Assembly (NCBI GenBank): GCA_951406725.2
Contig: OX597830.1
Coordinates: forward strand, 63,364,001-63,428,000
Reading direction: 5' to 3'
DNA length: 64,000 bases
DNA from: Octopus vulgaris
Taxonomy: Eukaryota
Made by a program: the position numbers and the translations under genes. The notes below the pieces were generated by a model. The model did not search any database. It had not been told where the DNA came from and saw only the letters and a list, made by a program, of their open reading frames with translations. How positions within the stretch are numbered: position 1 is the stretch's first letter; the number at the start of each line of letters is the position of its first letter. This document shows positions 54,041 to 64,000 of this stretch, piece by piece.

Positions 54041-55001
54041 AACATCTATTTTTCACTTTTTACCATTATTAACGTGACTGTATAACGCAAACAACTATTT
54101 ATGCAGCTGCCACTTCTGCAATAGACGTGGAAGAGAAAGGAAGGAAATAAGACAGAAACGAAGTCTTTAAGAAAATATGAAATGAAGTTTTTTTATTTTG
54201 TATTATTTCATTTTTCCCTTGAATTATAAAGAAAGTTGTAGTTGCTTGAGGAGAGGAAATGAGAGTTAAGAACTATCATCTCTTCACCAAAACGGTCATC
54301 AGCATCATTACCACCACCAGCACCAATCTGGGAATTATTTTAAATTTTATACTTGGCTTTTTACACTTACACGCGCGATTTCCACACGCATTTATAGACA
54401 CACACACACAGATATACAGTGTTAACTGTTGATTACAAGTAAACAACAATATTTCATGTTAACATATTTAGTCCTTGTCTTCGAACGAACAAAACTAAAA
54501 ACAAACTATACTTTTTTTAAAATAACCATCACTGTCATCACCATCAGCAACGTTTAAAGCACAGTATAATTATAATTCTTATTGCAATATTATCATTGTG
54601 CAATCATCTAACATTTGATCAACAGAAATTTATTCATCTCGGTAAGGCTTTATTTTTCCTCCCAAGTAATTCCACCCTCCCTATTTTCTGTAGCTTTCTC
54701 TTTTGAAAAAAAAAAAAAGTATTAAATTTATTTAAATTTTCTTCATCGTATTGTTGCGTATTCTCACACACCCACTTCAGTTTTTTTTGTTTGTGTGTTT
54801 CTATATCATACCAGGCTGATGATAACTGCATGCATTTAGTATAAATTATTAACTGTATCGACATAGTGTTTCCGTTAAATTAGCTCTTTTATTTTTATTT
54901 TTAAATGTGATATCAATTAAAATAATGTCCATTATTCTAATCGGTTTATAATATATCTGCTTGTTGCCGTCTTATTCTTGTTATGATGCTATATGCACAT
55001 T

Positions 55002-55032
<31 letters not shown>

Positions 55033-55379
55033 CATACACACACACAATTGTATGTAAGCTCAACTACACGCATTCATTTATAGTCAGAGCGTATTTGCAT
55101 ATAATCACACTTACAGGCGTGCATTCACAAATGCATACACTCTGTGCATTTATAACACATATACACTCACTTTAATGTGCACCCTTTCCATTACATAATG
55201 AAATTACCTTTATAAATCACACTACACACAGACAGATATACATGGATTTATAATACGCGAACACACAGACACTTTATATGTATTTATAACACACGCACAC
55301 ACATCCCAAAAGTTCGTCATCTTTCGCCACTCTGAAATGATTCATACACATACATTATATATTATATATATATATATAT

Positions 55380-55490
55380 CACCGTGACCGACCAGGTTAT
55401 CAGATGTTGTTATACATCGCTGGTCACAATGCACTTTGCATTGTTTTAGCCTTCAAATGACGCCACCCCGCTGGCTAAGCGAGCAGGCCA
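55380..55490. mobile_element. 110-bp CpG-rich insert in (TA)n, probably a truncated retroposon end
   Basis: Sharp-edged GC-rich segment with TA repeats on both sides; no second copy in this window. Confidence 0.5.
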
Positions 55491-55694
55491 TATATATATA
55501 TATATATATTTATTTATTTATTTATATGTGTGTGTGTGTGTGTGTATTGAACACATGGACATCTACACACACACACATACTTATTCTCTTCACTTTCTGT
55601 AACTAAATAGCCTAACGTATCGGGGGATCGATCTTAGAAATCGGCTGCAAACAAATTAGTTAAGTATCTGTTTCAGAATAATTCGATGGATATC

Positions 55695-55737
<43 letters not shown>

Positions 55738-55939
55738 ATGTGAGAGAGATAGTGTATGTGTGTATTTTGTTTTACTGAATAATAATAATAAAAATAAAAA
55801 GAAGAGAGACAAAGTGAAGATAAAGCAACAGTTCAGTGTGCTGGTGACAGACAACTGTCGATATACGTAGCCACAAAATACTCGAAGTTAAATGTTTTGA
55901 TTTTGTCGAGTTATATCGAAGGAATGCCAAAAACCTATT

Positions 55940-56650
55940 TTTATTATACCAAAATTGGAATAGTAAAAATAATGCTTTCAAGATTTGGTTCAAAACTAAC
56001 AATTTGGAGGGAAGGGTGAAGTCGATTACATCGACGACCCAGTGCTCACCTGATGAAGTCGACCTCGGCGGTGACTGAACTCAGGAAGTAAAGCGCCCGA
56101 AGGAATACCACTAAGTATTTTTGTCCGACGCGCTAACAATTTTGCAAACTAATAGCAATTATCTTCCTTTCTACTATAGACACAAGGCCTGGAATTTGGG
56201 TGCGAGGGTTAGTCAATCTCAGTACTCAACTGGTACTTATTTTATCGCCCCCGAATGGATGAGAGGCAAAGTCAACCTCGGCGGAATTTGAACTCCAAAC
56301 GTAAAACCAAAAGAAGTGCTGTTAAGCATCTCGTCCGGTGTGCTAACGATTCTGCTTGCTCGATGCCTTAACAATAATGGTTTCAAATTTTGGCACAAGG
56401 CCAGTAATTTCGGGGAGTGGAGTTAGGTCGATTATATCGACCTCCCAGCACTTATTTTATCGACCCCGAAAGGATGAAGAGCAAAGTCAACCTCGGCGGT
56501 ATTTGAACTCAGTACCCCCAAAAAACTGACGAAATATCACTTAGCATTATGTCCCGAGTGCTAACTATTCTGTCACCTTGATAATAATAATTTTCCCTCT
56601 TATAAGCACAAGTCCTGAAATTTTGTGGATACGAGCAGTCGATTGTCATA
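55940..56650 (-). mobile_element. Tandem cluster of Meta-domain SINE copies
   Basis: Repeated TTTATCGACCCCGAAAGGATGA...AAAGTC.ACCTCGGCGG..TTTGAACTC blocks with CpGs largely intact. Confidence 0.8.
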
Positions 56651-56687
56651 CAGGCACGTGCACACACACACAAAAGGTAATCTACCA

Positions 56688-56980
56688 TCATCATCGTTTA
56701 ACGTCCATTTTCCATGCTAGCATGGGTTGGACGGTTCAACTGGGGTCTGGGAAGCCAGAAGGCTGCTTCAGGCTCCAGTCTGATCTGGCAGTGTTTCTAC
56801 AGCTGGATGCCCTTCCTAACGCCAACCACTCCGTGCTTTTTACGTGCCACCTGCACAGGTGCCAGACGAGGCTGGCAAATGGCCACAATCGGATCTTGCT
56901 TTTTACGTGCCACCGGCACGGGGGCTAGACGTGGTTGGCAACGGCCACAATCGGATGGTGCTTTTTACGTGCCACCGGCC
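56688..56980 (-). mobile_element. SINE-like element with internal tandem units, young copy
   Basis: (CAT)n-CGTTTAACGTCCATTTTCCATGCTAGCATGGGTTGGACGG tail; three GCTTTTTACGTGCCACC units. Confidence 0.8.
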
Positions 56981-57353
56981 ATGTTTGGATGGTTCCCTTA
57001 CGTGTCACTGGCACTATAACAAATAATACCAAAATAGAATAAGAAAAAGAAACTTAAAGAAAAGTAAAGTCAAGTTTAAAGGTTCTCATCATTGTCGTTT
57101 AACACTCGCTGGCATGGCCGAAGAATAGAAAAAAATAACCGGAAAATTGAAAACTTGTAATAAATGTCAAAATATGTCTTAAGTAATAAAGTAAGTGTCA
57201 AACTGAAAAACTGCTGAATTAAAGGCATGAACAGACAGTCTTGCGACAAAAAAAAGTACTCAATACTCAAAGGTGAGCAAATATGTAAGAAGTTTACTAT
57301 TGGATGTTTCACAATATAATCTTGTTCAGGTCTTTCTTGAGGTGAATAACGAG

Positions 57354-57660
57354 GCCCATAGCTCAGTGGTTAGGATATTCGGCTCATGTTTATAAGGTTG
57401 TCAGTTTGATTCCAAGTGTTATGTTGTGTTCTTGAGCAAGACACTTTATTTCACTTTGCTCCAGTCCACTCAGCTGGCAAAAATGAGTTGTACTTGTAAT
57501 TCAAAGGGGCCAGCCTTGTCACATTCTTTGGCGCTGGATCTCCCTGAGAACTACTTTAAGGGTACCTGTGTCTGTGAATTACTCAGCATTTTAATTTCAC
57601 AAACAGGTTGTTGGGTTTATTGGATCAACTGTAACCCTCATCATTGTAACTGACAGAGTC
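57354..57660 (+). mobile_element. tRNA-derived SINE
   Basis: TAGCTCAGTGGTTAGG head and GTGTTCTTGAGCAAGACAC body. Confidence 0.75.
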
Positions 57661-57669
57661 CCAATCATT

Positions 57670-57705
<36 letters not shown>

Positions 57706-57829
57706 AATTGTGATGAACCCTAACCTTGAACCCCACCAAATGATTACCTGGAATTCTTCACTAATTTTAGAAATATTTTTAGCCTGGTATTCCAGCAGAG
57801 AGCTTATGAAGTATTTTTCCCATTGATTG

Positions 57830-58320
<491 letters not shown>

Positions 58321-58526
58321 TGGTTTAATACCACTGAAAAATTTTCCGTGTTACAATTACTCCAGCCATAATGAATAAACAACAAGTGAAATAACTTGTT
58401 TGGTAGTGTGGAGTTACTCGTGAATTTAGTGAAAGTTTGCAACAGAAATTGAAAAATGGAATAAATGTGAAGGGAACAACCAATAGAAAGTGTTAAGTTG
58501 TATGACCTGATGATAGTAGACTTGAA

Positions 58527-58758
58527 AGGCGGCGAGCTAGCAGAAATGTCAGCACGCCGGGCGAAATGCTTAGCGGTATTGCGTCTGTCGTTGCGTTCTG
58601 AGTTCAAATTCCGCCGAGGTCGACTTTGCCTTTCATCCTTTCGGGGTCGATAAATTAAGTACCAGTTACGCACTGGGGTCAATGTAATCGACTTAATACC
58701 TATGTCTGTCCTTGTTTGTCCTCTCTATGTTTAGCCCCTTGTGGGCAATAAAGAAACA
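58527..58758 (+). mobile_element. Young full-length Meta-domain SINE with 15-bp TSD
   Basis: TSD GATAGTAGACTTGAA at 58512-58526 and 58759-58773; core GCCTTTCATCCTTTCGGGGTCGATAAATTAAGTACCAG; CpGs intact. Confidence 0.93.
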
Positions 58759-59390
58759 GATAGTAGACTTGAATAATTTTTTTTTTATTTAGCCCTGCTT
58801 CTTTTGAGGTATTGTTCATCATAAATTGGGACCAGACCCAGTGAAAAGCTAGTTGAGAAAACAGCCATAATATATTAGACTAAAAATCTGATTGAAAGAA
58901 ATCTGGAATAAATGAGAGAGAGTAAAAGGGACCTATATATATATATACATATATATATGTATATATATATCTAAGTTGCTTAGATTTATCTAGAATCTCC
59001 TGTCAGTCTACTTCCTATATAAACCCTTCATATAAACACTCTTTCACATAATGTTGAGAGCAGAACGTCTTAATCTTAAATTGTGTGCTTAGCATGGTTT
59101 TATACTTGCCACGCATTTTGAAACTTATATATTTTAAGCCTTTTGCTATTATGTACTGTTTTACTTGTGCATAATTGTCATTGTTTTGTACTTGATTTTC
59201 AATGAAAATCTGTGGTGTGATGTATACATAAGTAAATACAGCATACATGGTAAGAACCTTGCTTCTCAACCACATGATTCTGAGTTCAATCCCACTGCAT
59301 GGCACCTTGGGGATTTGGTAGATGGATACTGAAAAAAAGCTTGTTGTATGAATATAAATCTCTCTCTCTCTCTCCCTCTTTATATACATA

Positions 59391-59777
59391 CAAGCAAAAC
59401 GCCCCCTGTCCAATAGATAGTGCTGAGTTGTCAAACATTTAAACCAAATTTTCTCAAAACAGCTTGTCCGACCATCCCATAGGCCTTCCCTTTGAGAAGC
59501 ACTGATTTAATGGATTTTATATAACTGCACGTGCATTTTACTCGCGTACGCGTTGTATCAGTTGCAAAAGCTGATGTACTTGCGTGTACAAATGCACGTT
59601 CCCACGGCTTTGTCGATCACATTCTCACCTGGAATCGATTTTTGTAATTTTTTCAAGACTTATACACGCCCTGATACCGTCGGTATCTGCATATCAAATT
59701 TGAGCGCAATCGGATAGAGGATGCCCAAGATCCTAGAAGACACACACACACAGACAGAACGGATTTTATATAATAGA
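59391..59777 (-). mobile_element. Non-autonomous Helitron-like element
   Basis: Minus strand starts A|TCTATTATATAAAATCCG followed by a (TG) tract and ends ...GGGGGCGTTTTGCTTG|T (CTRR-like); no TSD; CpG-rich. Confidence 0.65.
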
Positions 59778-59778
59778 T

Positions 59779-60155
59779 GAGCAGCTGTGTGGTAAGTAGC
59801 TTGCTTACCAACCACATGGCTCTGGGTTCAGTCCCACTGCGTGGCACCTTGGGCAAGTGTCTTTTACTATAGCTTCGGGCTGACCAAAGCCTTGTGAGTG
59901 GATTTGGTAGACAGAAACTGAAAGAAGCCCATTGTATATATGTATATGTATATATATGTGTGTTTGTCCCCCCCAACATCACTTGACAACCGATGCTAGT
60001 GTGAATACGTCCCCGTAACTTAGCTGTTCGGCAAAAGGGAACGATAGAATAAGTACTAGGCTTACAAAAAAAAAAAGTCCTGGGGTTGATTTGCTCGACT
60101 AAAGATGGTGCTCCAGCATGGCCACAGTCAAATGACTGAAACAAGTAAAAGAGTA
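59779..60155 (+). mobile_element. Abundant SINE family, near full-length copy
   Basis: Co-linear with 20880-21240 and 62330-62700. Confidence 0.88.
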
Positions 60156-60335
60156 AACATATATATATGTATAGACACACACACACACACACACATATGG
60201 TTATGAATCTGTGTTGCAAGATTCCTGATGTGAAACTTTTTGTTGAAACATATTGTTGTTTTGGGATGGTCATTTTTTTTTTCCCAAATGAACACTTGCA
60301 CTGTATAATCATTCTTCACTCATTTAATATTGTTC

Positions 60336-60410
60336 TTCCATCCTTGTGTATGCCCCTGCTCTACTTAGTCCATTGGACTAAGTGGAGCAGGAGCATACAC
60401 GTGGACGGAA
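60336..60410. repeat. 75-bp hairpin (37-bp arms, 5 mismatches, 1-nt centre)
   Basis: TTCCATCCTTGTGTATGCCCCTGCTCTACTTAGTCCA-T-TGGACTAAGTGGAGCAGGAGCATACACGTGGACGGAA. Confidence 0.9.
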
Positions 60411-60559
60411 AGTGTCACTCAAGAAGTCACAGATGTGTGATGAAAGATTTCCTGACAATGGGCCAAGTTAAAATAAGAACAGTAAATATATGTGTGTAGA
60501 ATGAATATATAAGGCACGTTTGTGTTTGGCGAAGAAAAGAAAAAATAATGACCATCCTG

Positions 60560-60594
<35 letters not shown>

Positions 60595-60595
<1 letters not shown>

Positions 60596-60824
60596 TTTAT
60601 TTAAAAGCAGCAGAAAATTCAACAAAACCTGTTACTCTGAGTTTCATGTTCCCGTTTGTCGGACAGTTTTTGCTAGAAAAAACTGTCTGATGAATGGGAA
60701 CGTGAAACTCAGAGTAACAGCTTTTGTTATATTTCTGCTGCTTTTAAATAAAGCATATTACTCTACCCCTGGTATTTGAGTACTCTTTTTCCCACCTTGT
60801 TTCACATTTATGTGTTTACTCCAG
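60595..60824. mobile_element. Second copy of the Penelope-like fold-back element in (TA)n
   Basis: Imperfect palindrome 60595-60753 centred on GCTAG plus extension matching the reverse complement of 38374-38457. Confidence 0.8.
60683..60720 (+). ncRNA. Minimal type I hammerhead ribozyme motif
   Basis: CTGT-CTGATGA-ATG.GGAA.CGT-GAAA-CTC.A.GAG-TA-ACAG; stem II pairs fully (A-U, U-G, G-C). Confidence 0.72.
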
Positions 60825-62329
60825 TATATATATATATATATATATATATATGATATTAGAGGAAAAATCAAAACCCAAAGCAGAACAAGTATCTCGAGTC
60901 ATTTAGAATAATTTAATTAGGGTAAGGTGAATTTGAAGAATGGGAAAGTCCTTGATGTTTCAAGTGTATGTTCTCTGTCAGAAAGGACTGAGAGGGAAAA
61001 AAATGGAGTGAGAACAGAAAAAAAAAAAAAAAGATGGACAAGGAAAAAATGTGTAGGGATTAACGGTTGAACCTGATGAAAATATATATATATATATATA
61101 TATAAACTCAGCCTAACTGTACTCATCATCATCATCATTACTTAACATCCATTATCTATGCTGGCTTGGGTTAGACAGTTTGACAGGGGCTGGCTAACCA
61201 GAGAGCGACACAAGGTTCCCAAATCCGCTGTGTATATTTCATCCATTGCCTGATATAGCATCATTACCTAACCGTCAATACACACACGTGAGAGTGTGTG
61301 TGTGTTATTGTCTCCTTGACTTCATGCAAGCTGTGTCTTTCATTTTCAAAATTCCGTGAAAACATGAATTGTCATGTGAGGAATATACCTGACATGTAAG
61401 TGAGTGAGGGTTTGTGGCAGGCTGTAGTAAATCCACCCCCGCAAATTCCATTCCACCTATGTGAGTATGGAAAATATAAAACATCAAAAATGATAAAAAA
61501 TTATACATCCTGAAAAACATGTACATTACAGTATTATATCCAATAGATTCACTTTAAATCTCTGTCTAACACGTGTTTCTGCTGCATAAATATACTAGGA
61601 TGTGATATTCCATTGCATCCTGTTGGTTTAATTGCATTCTAAGTTCATCTAGGGTATACATATCCCTGTAGCTTTATGCAAGGTGTTACCACTATAGAGT
61701 TTTGAAGCAAACTCTATGTGTGTACACACACACATATATATATACATATATACATACACACGTATATGTATATATGTATATACACACATGTATGTGTATA
61801 ATTATATAAAATGGCTGAGTTATATATGACGTTAAATTAAAATAATTTGTTACAGATGGCCATATGTTTTGCCCCCAAAACAAGCTTTTCAAAGTAATGA
61901 AGTATTTGGTTCAGCTATCAGAATTTATAATTTGCTGACGGAATTGCCAATTTGAAGAAACAAGTGTTCTAAAAATAGATTCAGAAGATAATGGAATTTT
62001 ACATTATCTTGAGTTGAAAGAGGGGAGGAGAGCATCACAGGAAGGGAGATAATAGTAAGAGAGTTGTGGGGCTTTGGAGCCAATCTGGTTTTTATTAATT
62101 CCAAGGACACAGAATTTAATAGTAGGGGAAGGCATTTGTCCCTAAATTTCAACAGATTATATAACTCCCTAATCATTTCAGAACCTCATTAATTAGTTAT
62201 ATTTTCTTTGTTCCCAGTTATAATTTATGTAGGTTCCTTTTGTTGAAAGGATATTTTAAACTCTGATGTTGTTTTGTCTATACCTAAGATTTCTGTGTAT
62301 TGTTTTAATAATTATTTTAACTACCCTGT

Positions 62330-62700
62330 AGGCACAGGCATGGGTGTGTGGTTAAGAAGTCCACTTTGCCTCCACTTGGTTTCAGGTTCAGTCCCACTGC
62401 ATGGCACAGCAGGCAAGTGTCTTCTACCATAGCCCTGGGTCAGCCAATGCCTTGTGGATGAATGTGGCAGATGGAAATTGTTTGGAAGGCCATTATGTGT
62501 GTGTGTGTGCACATTTGTCCTCCACTCCCTTACCGCTTGATAACTGGTGTTGGTTTGTTTACATCCTCGTAACTTAGTTGATTTCATCAAAGGAGACTGA
62601 TAGACTAAGTACCAGATTAAAAAAAAGGGAACCATTGAGTACTACTGGGGTCAATTTGTTGAACTGAAACCCTTCAAGGCAGTGCCCCAGTATTGTCACC
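62330..62700 (+). mobile_element. Abundant SINE family copy
   Basis: Same head, body and tail as 59779-60155, more decayed. Confidence 0.8.
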
Positions 62701-63276
62701 GGACCCTAATTTCCCTTCACTCTGTGAGTCACTTTTACTTCCTTCTCCTTCATTCTTAATGCTTTCTTTACTCTCTGTTGTCTCTCTGGCTTTTATCCCC
62801 CCCACCCCTTCTTTCTCTTTCTTTGTCTTCTTCTCATCCACAACATTAATTTCTCTTTATTTTATGTGTTTGTTGTTAATGCTTTCTCTTCTCTCTTCTT
62901 TTATATCTTGCTTTCATCTCAGCTCTTCTAAGTCTGTCTTTGTTCATCTTCTTCACCCCCTCCCCACTCTTGCATGCACATTATTTCCAAGAGGTAGCAA
63001 ATTGGTAGAGTTGTTAGAGCATCATGCAGAATGATTGGTAGTATTTATTCCGGTGCCTTGCATTCTGAGTTCAAATCTCTGTTGAGGTAAACTTTTCTCT
63101 TTATTCTTCTGGAGATAACAAATTAAGCACCATTCTTGGATGGCTGATTGGCAGAAACATTGGAATGTCAGACACGATGTCTTGTGATATTTGTTCCAGT
63201 TCCTTATGTTCAGAATGTCCAAAGTTAAAATCTTATTGTGGCCTTCTTGAATGGTAGACATAATTTGTCACAGGGT

Positions 63277-63517
63277 TTAACTCCCTACCATTTAAACTGA
63301 TCATATCTGGTCCAAATATTCTACATGTTTCTTTAAGGTTCAAACTGGCCAGATCTGTCCTCTCACAGTGTTGACCTACCCTACAATGTCATTCTAAAAA
63401 AAATACGTAATTGCATTGTTGGAATCTCAAGGCTATGAGATAATCCATGATTAATTCAAAGCAATGTGAATAAATAAGCATTATAGTTGACAGAGTAATC
63501 TGAATACTAAAGGGTTA
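63277..63517. mobile_element. Decayed TTAA-type MITE, second family
   Basis: TTAACTCCCTACCATTTAAA ... TCTGAATACTAAAGGGTTAC imperfect termini. Confidence 0.45.
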
Positions 63518-64000
63518 CCAAACATCATTTGGTCCTTACACCCAACGACCAGATAGTGTTTGGAAACCTTCAAGCCAGGTGACCAGTTTGACAATACCTT
63601 CCTCCCTCTTTCCTTTTCTCTCACTGGTCTTGGAGTCCGTTCTCTCTTAAATGAAAGACCTCTTGGGTTGTTAAAATATTTTAATATTTTCTTCAAAATT
63701 TCTTATCTTTTCCAGGAATGTAGCTTCTTCATTTTGCTGTTATCTTATTTGAATGTTTATTTGATTATTAATTAAGGTTTTAGCCTTTAATTATAGATTC
63801 ATCATCAGCACAATTTAATGTTCACTTTTCTATCTCGCATGAGTCAAACAGAATTTGTTAAGGCAGATTTTAAAAATATTTTTGGGGTGCTCTTCCTGCA
63901 CCAACCCATACCCATTTCCAAGTAGGGTAATCTTTCCGTTTGGTTAGATGGGGTTTTTCACAGAAGACTGCAAAGAGAAAGATGTTGCTTATATGGTGAT

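Noticed and set aside
59653-60312. Longest ORFs in the track (219 aa here, 216 aa at 8131-8781, 172 aa at 58164-58682)
   Set aside because: They run antisense through SINE copies and simple repeats; no domain-like content.

Overview
AT-rich eukaryotic DNA, dense in microsatellites and retroposons. The repeat landscape looks like a coleoid cephalopod, probably Octopus; this is inferred from recognising repeat families, not from a database match. No intact long gene is present, and almost all supplied ORFs are microsatellite or repeat artefacts. Well-supported content: many tRNA-derived and Meta-domain SINEs (some with exact TSDs or nested), decayed RTE and other LINE RT fragments, a mariner remnant, piggyBac-type and hAT-type MITEs, a young Helitron-like element and a tRNA-Asp pseudogene. 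A CpG-retaining block (~45-56.6 kb) holds promoter-like sequence and separates two CpG-depleted regions that are probably methylated gene bodies. A phase-consistent chain of small minus-strand candidate exons (45.0 kb to 13.6 kb) may encode a short unidentified protein. The most notable signal is a set of short non-coding fold-back elements carrying minimal type I hammerhead-ribozyme motifs of the Penelope-associated kind: a perfect 132-bp palindrome at 38458-38589, a second copy folding at the same axis at 60595-60824, and two more elements with the same hairpin-plus-hammerhead layout but variant cores. All coordinates were read by eye, and repeat boundaries are approximate unless TSDs or TIRs are quoted.
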